DNA of 64,000 nt from Escherichia coli (GTDB taxonomy: Bacteria > Pseudomonadota > Gammaproteobacteria > Enterobacterales > Enterobacteriaceae), in the NCBI RefSeq assembly GCF_003334315.1, contig NZ_QOWR01000008.1; one strand, written 5' to 3'. A program made the translations under genes and the position numbers. The notes beneath the pieces are model-generated. The model was given only the letters and a program-made list of their open reading frames with translations, did no database searches and was not told the DNA's origin. Below are positions 1 through 12,998 of the stretch, one piece after another; within the stretch, counting starts at the first letter, position 1, and each line of letters starts with the position of its first letter.

Positions 1-149
1 GGTTGAGAAGCGGTGTAAGTGAACTGCAGTTGCCATGTTTTACGGCAGTGAGAGCAGAGATAGCGCTGATGTCCGGCGGTGCTTTTGCCGTTACGCACCA
101 CCCCGTCAGTAGCTGAACAGGAGGGACAGCTGATAGAAACAGAAGCCAC
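1..149 (-). CDS. insA: IS1 InsA, N-terminal fragment (5-prime part only, cut by window edge)
   Basis: Minus-strand GTG at 147-149 followed by codons translating [49 protein letters not shown], matching recalled InsA. Confidence 0.8.
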   Translation of the reverse strand, partial: MASVSISCPSCSATDGVVRNGKSTAGHQRYLCSHCRKTWQLQFTYTASQ

Positions 150-204
150 TGGAGCACCTCAAAAACACCATCATACACTAAATCAGTAAGTTGGCATCAT
201 CACC
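1..204 (-). mobile_element. IS1 insertion sequence, left end only (truncated by window edge), terminal inverted repeat at 182-204
   Basis: Positions 1-204 read as the reverse complement of the recalled IS1 left end; terminal repeat reads GGTGATGATGCCAACTTACTGAT on the minus strand, one mismatch to the recalled canonical IRL. Confidence 0.85.
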
Positions 205-409
205 GATAAAGAATATGATTTATTACAATGTAATCATTAATTGCTAAGGAATAACCCAGTTGCTATTTAGAATATATATTTATCAGTTTTAGTAATTTAA
301 ATCCCATAATTAATGTGAATATATACAATATTTTTAGCACAACGCTATGCGCACTGTCACCCGCTCAACAGATCACGGTTATCGTTCGTTTTTTATACTG
401 TTCAGGGAT

Positions 410-441
410 AAAAAAAGGCCCCTGTTGAAATTGCAGGGGCC
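410..441 (-). terminator. Rho-independent terminator downstream of cutC
   Basis: GC-rich hairpin ggcccctg/caggggcc at 417-441, followed on the minus strand by a U-run (plus-strand A-run 410-416). Confidence 0.7.
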
Positions 442-488
442 TGGTACGAGCAAGCATCATATTGGGCGACATGATGCAACGGTAAAAA

Positions 489-1244
<756 letters not shown>

Positions 1245-1248
1245 TTAA

Positions 1249-1815
1249 TTACGCCGACTGCTCGCTGGCAACGATCTCTTCAATGGACCACGGATGAAAC
1301 TTAATAGTTGTTTTGCCATCGGTGACCGCCAGCGTCGGATTCGGTAATCGCTCATGCTCACCTTTTGGCGAACTGGTTTTCACTGAGATCCCCGGTAGGC
1401 TGAGTCCTTCATCAGAAAGCAATGCCAGCGCACGGGCATTCAGCGTTTCTGGATCACCCGGCAGAACGATTTCAATATGTTCCCAACCTTCGTGTGGGTA
1501 ACGTTTTTCCCCGGGCCACGGTAGCTCCACAATAGAAAACTGCCAGTGCGCAACCTGTACCGGTTCATGCAATTTAAACAGACAAATCGGTCTGCCATTG
1601 ATCATATTTTCTGACAAAAGCTCGCCACACTGTTCAAACCCGCGACGCCAGCGTTCAGCAGTGGCGTTTTGATGGCAACGCAAAGAAATGTGATCGGCAG
1701 TCAGCGGAGTGATATTCAACCCCAGACGGCGGGAAAGTTCATCTAATGCGTGGATAAATCGCGGTAAATCCGATGCAATATCCTGCAGCTCGTCGATAGA
1801 TTGCCAGTTCGCCAT
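1249..1815 (-). CDS. yecM: YecM, conserved protein of unknown function
   Basis: ORF 1249-1821; start moved to Met giving MANWQSIDELQ, matching recalled YecM. Confidence 0.9.
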   Translation of the reverse strand: MANWQSIDELQDIASDLPRFIHALDELSRRLGLNITPLTADHISLRCHQNATAERWRRGFEQCGELLSENMINGRPICLFKLHEPVQVAHWQFSIVELPWPGEKRYPHEGWEHIEIVLPGDPETLNARALALLSDEGLSLPGISVKTSSPKGEHERLPNPTLAVTDGKTTIKFHPWSIEEIVASEQSA

Positions 1816-2030
1816 AATCACTCTTCGTCTTTCAGTAAAAGCGTTAATTTACCCTGTTGCCCTGTGCCAACCAACCGCTGATTTCACGCCGCTTCTGATG
1901 CAATAGTGAAAACGGCAATACGCCACGCGCACGTTGCTGACGAAAACAGCCATTTGCAGTATACTCCCGCCCTAATTTCTTTAACTGGTGCGGGCAATTT
2001 TTGCTCGCTTCATCAATGTAAGGTATTCCG

Positions 2031-3764
2031 GTGAATATTCAGGCTCTTCTCTCAGAAAAAGTCCGTCAGGCCATGATTGCGGCAGGCGCGCCTGCGGATT
2101 GCGAACCGCAGGTTCGTCAGTCAGCAAAAGTTCAGTTCGGCGACTATCAGGCTAACGGCATGATGGCAGTTGCTAAAAAACTGGGTATGGCACCGCGACA
2201 ATTAGCAGAGCAGGTGCTGACTCATCTGGATCTTAACGGTATCGCCAGCAAAGTTGAGATCGCCGGTCCAGGCTTTATCAACATTTTCCTTGATCCGGCA
2301 TTCCTGGCTGAACATGTTCAGCAGGCGCTGGCGTCCGATCGTCTCGGTGTTGCTACGCCAGAAAAACAGACCATTGTGGTTGACTACTCTGCGCCAAACG
2401 TGGCGAAAGAGATGCATGTCGGTCACCTGCGCTCTACCATTATTGGTGACGCAGCAGTGCGTACTCTGGAGTTCCTCGGTCACAAAGTGATTCGCGCAAA
2501 CCACGTCGGCGACTGGGGCACTCAGTTCGGTATGCTGATTGCATGGCTGGAAAAGCAGCAGCAGGAAAACGCCGGTGAAATGGAGCTGGCTGACCTTGAA
2601 GGTTTCTACCGCGATGCGAAAAAGCATTACGATGAAGATGAAGAGTTCGCCGAGCGCGCACGTAACTACGTGGTAAAACTGCAAAGCGGTGACGAATATT
2701 TCCGCGAGATGTGGCGCAAACTGGTCGACATCACCATGACGCAGAACCAGATCACCTACGATCGTCTCAACGTGACGCTGACCCGTGATGACGTGATGGG
2801 CGAAAGCCTCTACAACCCGATGCTGCCAGGAATTGTGGCGGATCTCAAAGCCAAAGGTCTGGCAGTAGAAAGCGAAGGGGCGACCGTCGTATTCCTTGAT
2901 GAGTTTAAAAACAAGGAAGGCGAACCGATGGGCGTGATCATTCAGAAGAAAGATGGCGGCTATCTCTACACCACCACTGATATCGCCTGTGCGAAATATC
3001 GTTATGAAACACTGCATGCCGATCGCGTGCTGTATTACATCGACTCCCGTCAGCATCAACACCTGATGCAGGCATGGGCGATCGTCCGTAAAGCAGGCTA
3101 TGTACCGGAATCCGTACCGCTGGAACACCACATGTTCGGCATGATGCTGGGTAAAGACGGCAAACCGTTCAAAACCCGCGCGGGTGGTACAGTGAAACTG
3201 GCCGATCTGCTGGATGAAGCCCTGGAACGTGCACGCCGTCTGGTGGCAGAAAAGAACCCGGATATGCCAGCCGACGAGCTGGAAAAACTGGCTAACGCGG
3301 TTGGTATTGGTGCGGTGAAATATGCGGATCTCTCCAAAAACCGCACCACGGACTACATCTTCGACTGGGACAACATGCTGGCGTTTGAGGGTAATACCGC
3401 GCCATACATGCAGTATGCATACACGCGTGTATTGTCCGTGTTCCGTAAAGCAGAAATTGACGAAGAGCAACTGGCTGCAGCTCCGGTTATCATCCGTGAA
3501 GATCGTGAAGCGCAACTGGCAGCTCGCTTGCTGCAGTTTGAAGAAACCCTCACCGTGGTTGCCCGTGAAGGTACGCCGCATGTGATGTGTGCTTACCTGT
3601 ACGATCTGGCCGGTCTGTTCTCTGGCTTCTACGAGCACTGCCCGATCCTCAGCGCAGAAAACGAAGAAGTGCGTAACAGCCGTCTGAAACTGGCACAACT
3701 GACGGCGAAGACGCTGAAGCTGGGTCTGGATACGCTGGGTATTGAGACTGTAGAGCGTATGTAA
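2031..3764 (+). CDS. argS: Arginyl-tRNA synthetase
   Basis: 577-aa ORF with GTG start; [14 protein letters not shown]-terminus and class I synthetase HVGH motif. Confidence 0.97.
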   Translation: MNIQALLSEKVRQAMIAAGAPADCEPQVRQSAKVQFGDYQANGMMAVAKKLGMAPRQLAEQVLTHLDLNGIASKVEIAGPGFINIFLDPAFLAEHVQQALASDRLGVATPEKQTIVVDYSAPNVAKEMHVGHLRSTIIGDAAVRTLEFLGHKVIRANHVGDWGTQFGMLIAWLEKQQQENAGEMELADLEGFYRDAKKHYDEDEEFAERARNYVVKLQSGDEYFREMWRKLVDITMTQNQITYDRLNVTLTRDDVMGESLYNPMLPGIVADLKAKGLAVESEGATVVFLDEFKNKEGEPMGVIIQKKDGGYLYTTTDIACAKYRYETLHADRVLYYIDSRQHQHLMQAWAIVRKAGYVPESVPLEHHMFGMMLGKDGKPFKTRAGGTVKLADLLDEALERARRLVAEKNPDMPADELEKLANAVGIGAVKYADLSKNRTTDYIFDWDNMLAFEGNTAPYMQYAYTRVLSVFRKAEIDEEQLAAAPVIIREDREAQLAARLLQFEETLTVVAREGTPHVMCAYLYDLAGLFSGFYEHCPILSAENEEVRNSRLKLAQLTAKTLKLGLDTLGIETVERM

Positions 3765-3783
3765 TCGATTTTTCGTGAGAGTG

Positions 3784-3820
3784 AAGCCTGATCAGGGTTA
3801 CCTGATCAGGCTTTTTTATT
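3784..3820 (+). terminator. Rho-independent terminator of argS
   Basis: Hairpin gaagcctgatcagg/cctgatcaggctt followed by a T-run. Confidence 0.75.
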
Positions 3821-3940
3821 GCCATCTAAATGTATTCTGAAAATGGACATGCCATCGTTTTCTCACTGTTGGGTAAGAAGTCAGAAGCGTAATATTCGGC
3901 CCCAGGGAAACGATAACGGTTGAATTTAAGGAATACCGCA

Positions 3941-4429
3941 GTGTTTAAATTTCTTGTATTAACATTAGGCATTATCTCTTGCCAGGTTTACGCAGAAGAT
4001 ACGCTTATAGTAAACGACCATGACATTTCAGCCATCAAAGATTGTTGGCAAAAAAATTCAGATGATGATAGTGACATTAACGTGATCAAATCATGCCTGC
4101 GACAAGAATACAATCTCGTCGATGCGCAATTAAATAAAGCCTATGGTGAAGCTTATCGTTATATAGAACAAGTGCCACGCACAGGTGTAAAAAAACCTGA
4201 TACCGAACAACTTAACTTGCTTAAAAAATCACAGCGAGCCTGGCTGGATTTTAGGGACAAAGAATGTGAATTAATCCTTTCAAATGAGGATGTTCAGGAT
4301 TTAAGTGACCCTTATTCTGAATCAGAATGGCTCTCATGTATGATCATACAGACCAATACGCGAACTCGCCAGTTGCAGCTATACCGTAACTCTGAAGATT
4401 TTTATCCAAGCCCTTTGACAAGAGGATAA
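3941..4429 (+). CDS. yecT: YecT, predicted secreted protein of unknown function
   Basis: ORF 3920-4429; GTG at 3941 preferred because AAGGA lies 8 nt upstream; signal-peptide-like N-terminus. Confidence 0.75.
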   Translation: MFKFLVLTLGIISCQVYAEDTLIVNDHDISAIKDCWQKNSDDDSDINVIKSCLRQEYNLVDAQLNKAYGEAYRYIEQVPRTGVKKPDTEQLNLLKKSQRAWLDFRDKECELILSNEDVQDLSDPYSESEWLSCMIIQTNTRTRQLQLYRNSEDFYPSPLTRG

Positions 4430-4447
4430 TTCACATATTTTTGGCAT

Positions 4448-4489
4448 GTTTTGTTGCAAGCTATTCCTGATAAATAATTGCAACAAAAC
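4448..4489. other. Perfect 12-bp inverted repeat (gttttgttgcaa / ttgcaacaaaac) with 18-nt loop, between convergent yecT and flhE
   Basis: Read directly from sequence; T-run a few nt downstream on plus strand; possible terminator or protein-binding dyad. Confidence 0.4.
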
Positions 4490-4548
4490 ATCGAGCCTTT
4501 TTCACTGAGTTATTAAACATACTCGCGAGCGCGTAATTTTTTTGTCCT

Positions 4549-4941
4549 TCAGCGATAATTCACAATCACTTCATTACGTTGTACTTTCAGCGGCGGAATT
4601 AACCGCCCACCGCCAGGCACTTCCCAGATAAAGCGCAACGGTTCTGCTGCCGCTATACCGGAAAAGGCCACGGTGGTTCCGCTCTGCCCCTCTAATTCGA
4701 CACAACGAGATTGCGAACACAAGCGAACCCGCAGTCCTGAAGGTGTCGGGCCGATAAGCTGATAACGCCACGCTACCAGCGTCATCAATCCTGAAGCAGG
4801 TTGTCGCGTAGAAAGAGGCGCAGACGACATCGACTCACCGCGATGATTTAGCGTAATTCCTACACTACTTGCCTGCCACATCCCCTCCCCGGCGGCTTGC
4901 ACCAGCAGCGGAAACAATAATATTGCTAATAAGGTTCTCAT
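4549..4941 (-). CDS. flhE: Flagellar protein FlhE
   Basis: 130-aa ORF matching recalled FlhE; last gene of the flhBAE operon. Confidence 0.95.
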   Translation of the reverse strand: MRTLLAILLFPLLVQAAGEGMWQASSVGITLNHRGESMSSAPLSTRQPASGLMTLVAWRYQLIGPTPSGLRVRLCSQSRCVELEGQSGTTVAFSGIAAAEPLRFIWEVPGGGRLIPPLKVQRNEVIVNYR

Positions 4942-7019
4942 TATTTGCCGCCAATTGTCGCCGTCATGCGGATATGTCGGTTATCAGACAGTTCCAGATT
5001 CGACAGGACCACTAACTGCGGCAAGCTGCGGCGCAGGAAGCGAGACAATAATGGTCGCAGCGCGTGGTTCACCAACAATACTGGCGGCGCACCCAGCATC
5101 TCCTGACGGGATAGCGCTTCCTGAGTTTGCGCCAGTAAACGATCCGCCAGCCCTGGCTCCAGTCCTCCCCCGCCCTGCAGCGCCTGTAGTAACAAACGTT
5201 CCAGCGGTGTATCGAGGCCAATAACATGGACTTCATCTTTGCCAGGAAACCACTGCTGGGTAATCGCCCGTCCCAACGCCACGCGCACGACGGCGGTTAA
5301 TTCATGTGGATCGCTTTGGATGGGCGCATGTTCCGCCAGCGTTTCGAGAATGGTGCGCATATCGCGAATCGGTACTTTTTCATCGAGGAGATTTTGCAGC
5401 ACTTTATGCAGTGTGGTGAGCGTGACGACGCCAGGAACGAGATCTTCCGTCAGCTTTGGCATCTCCTGGGCGACGCGATCCAACAGCTGTTGCGCCTCCT
5501 GACGACCAAACAGCTCTGCGGCATGCTGGCTAATGAGGTGGTTAAGATGCGTTGCTACCACCGTGCTGGCCTCAACCACTGTGTACCCCTGAATCTGCGC
5601 CTGTTCTTTTAGCGCACTTTCAATCCAGATAGCATTCAGGCCAAATGCCGGATCGACGGTCGCCTCACCAGGTAACGTCCCGGCAGCGATTCCAGGGTTA
5701 ATCGCCAGCCAGCGCCCCGGATAAGCATCACCACTGCCAATCTCCACGCCTTTCATCAAAATGCGATAGCGGGCAGGTTGCAGATCCATATTGTCGCGAA
5801 TGTGCACCACTGGCGGCAGAAATCCCATCTCCTGGGCAAATTTCTTGCGGATACTGCGTATACGGCCCAACAACTCACCATCCTGCTGGAAATCGACCAT
5901 CGGGATCAGTCGATAACCCACTTCCATTCCCAGAGAATCTTCCAGTTGTACATCGTTCCACGTCGCTTCGACAACGGTATTATTCTCTGCCATTTTTACC
6001 GGTTTGGGTTCGGCAGGCGCTTTTTGTTCGCGTCCGCGTATCCACCAGGCCAGCCCGAGCAATCCGGCAGTGAACAGCAAAAATACCAGGTTCGGCATTC
6101 CAGGCACCAGGCCGAGTAAACCGAGCACGGCGGCGCTTAACAACATAACGCTTGGGTTACTGAAAAGCTGATTCACCATCTGCTCGCCAACATCCTGATC
6201 GGTGCTGACACGCGTAACGATGACCCCCGCGGCGGTAGAAATCACCAGCGCCGGAATTTGTGCCACCAGACCGTCGCCAATGGTCAATAGCGTATAACTT
6301 TCCGCCGCGTGTCCCATGCTCATGCCATGTTGCAGCACGCCGACCAGCAACCCGCCGACAACGTTAATGACCATGATGAGGATCCCGGCGATGGCATCGC
6401 CGCGAACAAACTTACTTGCCCCGTCCATTGAGCCGTAAAAATCGGCTTCCTGAGTCACTTCGGAGCGGCGTTTTTTCGCCTCATCTTCACCAATCAATCC
6501 GGCGTTAAGGTCGGCGTCAATCGCCATCTGCTTACCCGGCATACCATCGAGAACAAAGCGCGCACCCACTTCTGCGATACGCCCGGCACCTTTGGTAATG
6601 ACCATAAAGTTGATGATCACGAGAATGACAAACACCACGATACCGATAGCGAAATTGCCACCAACGAGGAAGTGACCGAACGCTTCGACCACCTTCCCTG
6701 CCGCCGCCGCGCCGGTATGCCCTTCCATTAAAATGATACGGGTTGAAGCCACGTTAAGTGCCAGACGCAACAGCGTGGTAAACAACAGAATGGTCGGAAA
6801 CGCAGCAAACTCAAGCGTGCGCTGGGTAAACATCGCCACCAGCAACACCATGATCGACAAGGCAATATTGAAGGTAAACAACAGGTCGAGTATGAATGCG
6901 GGCAGTGGCAGCACCATCATCGACAAGATCAACAGGATCAAAATCGGTCCGGCAAGGATCTGCCATTGTGTCGATTTCAGGTTTGCGGGCAGGCGCAGCA
7001 TCGCGGCCAGATTACTCAT
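4941..7019 (-). CDS. flhA: Flagellar type III export apparatus protein FlhA
   Basis: ORF 4941-7094; start moved to MSNLAAMLRLPANLK (692 aa) matching recalled FlhA. Confidence 0.95.
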   Translation of the reverse strand: MSNLAAMLRLPANLKSTQWQILAGPILILLILSMMVLPLPAFILDLLFTFNIALSIMVLLVAMFTQRTLEFAAFPTILLFTTLLRLALNVASTRIILMEGHTGAAAAGKVVEAFGHFLVGGNFAIGIVVFVILVIINFMVITKGAGRIAEVGARFVLDGMPGKQMAIDADLNAGLIGEDEAKKRRSEVTQEADFYGSMDGASKFVRGDAIAGILIMVINVVGGLLVGVLQHGMSMGHAAESYTLLTIGDGLVAQIPALVISTAAGVIVTRVSTDQDVGEQMVNQLFSNPSVMLLSAAVLGLLGLVPGMPNLVFLLFTAGLLGLAWWIRGREQKAPAEPKPVKMAENNTVVEATWNDVQLEDSLGMEVGYRLIPMVDFQQDGELLGRIRSIRKKFAQEMGFLPPVVHIRDNMDLQPARYRILMKGVEIGSGDAYPGRWLAINPGIAAGTLPGEATVDPAFGLNAIWIESALKEQAQIQGYTVVEASTVVATHLNHLISQHAAELFGRQEAQQLLDRVAQEMPKLTEDLVPGVVTLTTLHKVLQNLLDEKVPIRDMRTILETLAEHAPIQSDPHELTAVVRVALGRAITQQWFPGKDEVHVIGLDTPLERLLLQALQGGGGLEPGLADRLLAQTQEALSRQEMLGAPPVLLVNHALRPLLSRFLRRSLPQLVVLSNLELSDNRHIRMTATIGGK

Positions 7020-8160
7020 GGGTCGGTTTCTCGTTAATAAAATCCAGGGCTTCCGGCACCGGAAGATGAGTAGGTTGTACAGGGCGCTGTCCACCAGCCA
7101 GACGCCAGCGTTTCAGTTGCCAGACCCAGGCCAGCACTTCCGCCACCGCGGCGTACAGTTGACCCGGGATTTGTTGACCAATCTCCGCATGTCGATACAG
7201 CGCTCGCGCCAGCGGCGGCGCTTCAAGCGTCGGGACGTTATTTTCAGCGCCAATTTCACGAATGCGCAGCGCGACCAGCCCTGCACCTTTAGCGACCACT
7301 TTCGGTGCGCTCATTTTGTTTTCGTCATACTGCAACGCTACCGAATAGTGGGTCGGGTTATTGACAATGACATCCGCTTTCGGCACATCGGCCATCATCC
7401 GACGCCGTGCGGCAGCTCGCTGCATCTGACGGATCCGTCCTTTAACATGGGGGTCGCCTTCGCTTTGTTTGAACTCATCACGAATATCCTGCCGCGACAT
7501 TCGCAGCTTTTTCAGGTGGTTGAAGATTTGGAAAAAGACGTCAAATCCCACCATTGGAATGACACCAAGCACCACCAGCAGTGCGCATAGCCCTACCAAA
7601 TCCATCGCATTACCCATGGCGGTAATCGGAGACTCGGCCATTAAGCGCATCATCTGCGGCCAGTGATGCCAGAGAAAAAACCCCGTCACGCTGCCAACCA
7701 GGATGGTTTTCAAAATTGCTTTAAGCAACTCCGCGCCAGTCTGAGCCGAGAACATCCGTTTAATGCCCGGTAGCGGGTTGAGTTTGGAAAACTTCGGCTG
7801 CAAGGATTTGCCGCTAAATACCAGCCCTCCCAGCATGACCGGAGAAATGAGCGCCACCAGTACCACGCCGCTAATCAGTGGCAGCAGCGCCAGCATGGCT
7901 TCTCTGATCAGCAGAATAATCTGCCCGAGGATCAGATTCGGGTCTTTGATAATACTGTGATCAAAATGCAGCCCAGCGGAGAGCATGCCCGACAATCGAC
8001 GGGCCAGCGACACACCGCCAAACCAGATAACACTAACGCCCACCAGCAAAATCAGCAGTGAGGTCAGTTCACGGGAACGCGGGATTTGCCCCTCTTCCCG
8101 CGCTTTTTCTAGTCGGTGAGGTGTGGGGGCTTCTGTTTTGTCGTCGCTCTCGTCAGACAC
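7012..8160 (-). CDS. flhB: Flagellar export apparatus and substrate-specificity switch protein FlhB
   Basis: 382-aa ORF; conserved N-terminus and NPTH autocleavage motif present. Confidence 0.95.
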   Translation of the reverse strand: MSDESDDKTEAPTPHRLEKAREEGQIPRSRELTSLLILLVGVSVIWFGGVSLARRLSGMLSAGLHFDHSIIKDPNLILGQIILLIREAMLALLPLISGVVLVALISPVMLGGLVFSGKSLQPKFSKLNPLPGIKRMFSAQTGAELLKAILKTILVGSVTGFFLWHHWPQMMRLMAESPITAMGNAMDLVGLCALLVVLGVIPMVGFDVFFQIFNHLKKLRMSRQDIRDEFKQSEGDPHVKGRIRQMQRAAARRRMMADVPKADVIVNNPTHYSVALQYDENKMSAPKVVAKGAGLVALRIREIGAENNVPTLEAPPLARALYRHAEIGQQIPGQLYAAVAEVLAWVWQLKRWRLAGGQRPVQPTHLPVPEALDFINEKPTHE

Positions 8161-8288
8161 GTCGCCAATCCTGGAAAGAGTATTAAGCGTGAATGATGCC
8201 AGAGCGCAAAGCGTTCAATGGTTTGAGTAAGGGGCAAAACAGGCGGGATTTAGGGCTTTTGCTGCCACACATCAAGCATAGTGTGCGT

Positions 8289-8352
8289 TTGTCGGATGCG
8301 GCGTCATCGCCTTATCAGACCGCCTGATATGACGTGGTCACGCCACATCAGG
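8289..8352. repeat. REP/BIME-like palindromic units in the flhB-cheZ intergenic region
   Basis: gtcggatgcggcgtcatcgccttatcagaccgcctgatatgacgtggtcacgccacatcaggc resembles the REP consensus. Confidence 0.5.
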
Positions 8353-8361
8353 CAATACAAA

Positions 8362-9006
8362 TCAAAATCCAAGACTATCCAACAAATCGTCCACCTGATC
8401 CTGACTGGCTACCACACCGGCTTTGCTGGTATCGACCTGAGGTCCATTAAGCAAACTCTGGTTTTCACGTTTTGGACGCGACTCCTGTTCCGGGATGTTT
8501 TCCAACAGCACCATCAGCAACTGGCGTTCGATCTCCTGAATGACATCCATCATCCGCTTAATGACCTGCCCGGTGAGATCCTGAAAATCCTGCTCCATCA
8601 TGATTTCCAGCAGTTGCGCGTTAGTAAAGCTGGTATGCGCGGGTACATCTGCCAGAAATTGTCGTGTATCTGTTACCAGTTCACGGGCGTCGGCAAGGTC
8701 AATCGGATCGGCAAACCAGTCATCCCAACGTTGGGTTAACGCTTTTGCTGATTTCTCCATTTGATCCTGATGCGGTTGTGACGCCTCAACACTGTTCAGC
8801 GCCCGCTCCGCAGCCTGGGCGGTCATCTGCACAACATAGTACAAACGATCGCGCGCATCGGGGATGGCTTCCGCCGCTTCGGCAATGGCCTGATCCAGCC
8901 CCAGTTCCCGCAAACTGTCGCGCAGCATACGCGTCAGGCTGCCGATGCGCGCAATGATATCGCCAGCTGAATGCTCGTCAGCAGGTTTGATTGATGGTTG
9001 CATCAT
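8362..9006 (-). CDS. cheZ: CheY-P phosphatase CheZ
   Basis: ORF 8362-9036; start moved to [12 protein letters not shown] (214 aa) matching recalled CheZ. Confidence 0.93.
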   Translation of the reverse strand: MMQPSIKPADEHSAGDIIARIGSLTRMLRDSLRELGLDQAIAEAAEAIPDARDRLYYVVQMTAQAAERALNSVEASQPHQDQMEKSAKALTQRWDDWFADPIDLADARELVTDTRQFLADVPAHTSFTNAQLLEIMMEQDFQDLTGQVIKRMMDVIQEIERQLLMVLLENIPEQESRPKRENQSLLNGPQVDTSKAGVVASQDQVDDLLDSLGF

Positions 9007-9016
9007 AGTCGCATCC

Positions 9017-10470
<1,454 letters not shown>

Positions 10471-10472
10471 CG

Positions 10473-11333
10473 TTAATCCTTACTTAGCGCATACACCGTC
10501 TGACCACGCAGCGTGAAGCGGCGCTCAAGGTGGCTAAAGTTTTCAGAGTGACCCGCAAACAGCAATCCGTCGGGTTTAAGGAGCGGAACAAAGCGGCGCA
10601 AAATCTCCTGCTGGGTAGTTTGATCGAAGTAGATCATGACGTTACGACAGAAGATCGCATCAAACGGCCCCGGCACGGTGTACTGTTTCGCCAGTAGATT
10701 CAGCGGGGCAAAATCAACATAGTTCGCCAGCTCCTGACGCACGCGTACCAGCCCTTCATGCGGCCCCGTCCCTCGCATGAAATACCGTTGCAGTTGCTGC
10801 GGCGTCAGGTTTTTCAACTCTTCATGGCGATAGATACCGCTTCTGGCTTTTTCCAGCACTTCGGTGTCGATATCACTGGCAAACACTTTCCAGCGTCCGG
10901 GCGCGGTGCCCAATGTGTCAGCCAGCGTCATCGCAATGCTGTACGGCTCTTCGCCGGTCGAAGCCGCCGCGCTCCATACGCGATACTCGCCAGAACGGCG
11001 ACGTGCGTGATCCGCGAGCAGAGGGAAATGATGTGCCTCACGGAAAAATGCCGTCAGATTCGTGGTCAGCGAATTGATAAACGCCTGCCACTCACCGCTG
11101 TGCTGATTAGATTCCAGCAAGTTCAGATAATGACCGAAATCCGTCAGTCCCAGCGAACGCAAACGACGAACCAGTCGGTTGTAAACCATGTCGCGTTTAT
11201 GGTCAGCCAGAACGATCCCGGCTCGTTGATAGATCAATTGACTTATCCGCCGAAAATGCGCGTCGGAAAGCGCCAGGCGCTCGGTCATCTGTAACAATAA
11301 AGACGTTTGCCCACAGGGCAGAGATGAAGTCAT
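10473..11333 (-). CDS. cheR: Chemotaxis methyltransferase CheR
   Basis: 286-aa ORF matching recalled CheR. Confidence 0.95.
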
Positions 11334-11351
11334 AGCGCCTTCTCAATCACT

Positions 11352-12953
11352 TCAGGATACCACTGGCGCAATTTGTAACTGCACCGACTCATGTCGTGCT
11401 ACTTCATGTTCTTCAAGGGTAAATACCGCTACACGCGACGAAAGATGGTCGGCCTGATTCGCCAGTTGTTCCGTTGCCACCGCCGCTTCTTCTACCAGCG
11501 AGGCGTTCTGCTGAGTCACCTGATCCATCTGGCTGACAGCCTGTGCAACCTGCTCAATCCCCCGCTGTTGTTCTTCCGACGCAGAGGCAATTTCTCCCAT
11601 AATGTCGTTCACGCGGGTCACCGAACTGACAATATCGATCATGGTCGCGGCGGCGTTATTCACCAGTTTCGAACCCTGCTGGACACGATTGACTGACTCT
11701 TCGATCAGCCCTTTGATCTCTTTTGCTGCCTGCGCGCTACGGCTGGCAAGATTGCGCACTTCACCTGCCACTACCGCAAAACCACGCCCCTGCTCTCCGG
11801 CGCGAGCCGCTTCCACTGCCGCATTCAGGGCCAGAATATTGGTCTGGAAAGCAATTCCGTCGATAACGCTGATAATGTCGCCAATTTTTTGCGAGCTGGT
11901 GGCGATCTCCTGCATGGTGTGAGTCATGGTACTGACCTGAACACCGCCCGCCTGCGCCGTTGTCGCGGCATTTTTTGCCAGTTCCGACGCCTGTCGTGCG
12001 TTATCGGCGTTTTGCCCTACCGTGGCGGTTAATTGCTCCATACTGGCGGCCGTTTGTGCCAGCGATGCCGCCTGCTGTTCGGTACGACTTGAGAGATCGT
12101 TATTGCCTGCGACAATCTCCGCGATACCAATGTGCATCTCCTGGCTTCCCTTACGCACATCACTTACCGTCCCACGCAAAGCCTGCTGCATGGTCTTCAG
12201 ACTGGCAAAAATGGCGGTGATCTCATTACGACCATATACCGCAATCGGACGCGCCAGATTACCCGCAGCAATGCTGTCAAAATGGCTACCGATAATGGCC
12301 AGTGGTTGAACAATCATCTTGCGCGTCCACCACAGCGCACTGCTGATGTAGATCGCCGCAACAATAATCATGCTGATAAACACCAGTGCCGAAATCTGAT
12401 AGTTACGCTGGCTTTGCGAACTGGCGGCTTCCAGCACATGGTTGATCTCCAGCTGCCAGGCCTCAAAGTTAACGTCAAACGCATTCTGTGATCCCTGCAC
12501 CGGCGCAGTGAGGAAATCCGAAAGTTGATTACTTTCAAGCCAGGTCGCCTGATGTTCGAGATCGTTGTGCCAGCGGGCAAAACTTTTCTCCGTCTCTTTT
12601 TGCAATCCCCTGACGTGCTCGTTGCCCGCAGTCATCGCCATAAAACTTTTAAACAGCGTGGTGGATTGCGTCAGACTGGCGCGCGCCGTCGTCATCAACG
12701 TTTTAATGTCATCCGCCGGATAGCTAAGTGCCGTCAGAGTGCCCGCTTTGTTCAGCGCGGTACTGGCCTGTAACATTACCGCCCGAGTTTGCGCTAATGC
12801 CGCACGTTGCTGATTGCTCTGCTCGACCTGATTCAGTCGTTGCAAATCGTCGCGAAATGCCCAAAAAGACATGCCGTTACTGCCAATCTGCAAGATCCCG
12901 CAGAGAATCAAAATTAAAAACAGCGTGGTCGAAATTCGAATACGATTAAACAT
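11352..12953 (-). CDS. tap: Methyl-accepting chemotaxis protein IV (dipeptide/pyrimidine sensor) Tap
   Basis: ORF 11352-12956; 533-aa product from MFNRIRIST; MCP signalling domain. Confidence 0.93.
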   Translation of the reverse strand: MFNRIRISTTLFLILILCGILQIGSNGMSFWAFRDDLQRLNQVEQSNQQRAALAQTRAVMLQASTALNKAGTLTALSYPADDIKTLMTTARASLTQSTTLFKSFMAMTAGNEHVRGLQKETEKSFARWHNDLEHQATWLESNQLSDFLTAPVQGSQNAFDVNFEAWQLEINHVLEAASSQSQRNYQISALVFISMIIVAAIYISSALWWTRKMIVQPLAIIGSHFDSIAAGNLARPIAVYGRNEITAIFASLKTMQQALRGTVSDVRKGSQEMHIGIAEIVAGNNDLSSRTEQQAASLAQTAASMEQLTATVGQNADNARQASELAKNAATTAQAGGVQVSTMTHTMQEIATSSQKIGDIISVIDGIAFQTNILALNAAVEAARAGEQGRGFAVVAGEVRNLASRSAQAAKEIKGLIEESVNRVQQGSKLVNNAAATMIDIVSSVTRVNDIMGEIASASEEQQRGIEQVAQAVSQMDQVTQQNASLVEEAAVATEQLANQADHLSSRVAVFTLEEHEVARHESVQLQIAPVVS

Positions 12954-12998
12954 CAACGCTCCCCATCAGGCGGCAATGACCGCGTTAGTAAATACTCG

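Noticed and set aside
205-409. Possible TorR boxes or torY promoter remnant between the IS1 end and the cutC terminator
   Set aside because: Only a weak ctgttcagg-like match was seen; without the upstream side of the region, which is replaced by IS1 in this window, the assignment cannot be supported.
2202-3698. 498-aa ORF on the minus strand, antisense to argS
   Set aside because: It lies entirely inside the argS coding region on the opposite strand, its composition is atypical (Cys/His/Phe-rich), and it lacks a plausible start context. Long antisense open frames of this kind are common in GC-balanced coding DNA. argS is unambiguous.
6733-7590. 285-aa plus-strand ORF spanning the flhA/flhB junction
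   Set aside because: Antisense to two well-supported flagellar export genes; Arg/Ser-rich low-complexity translation with no recognisable domain.
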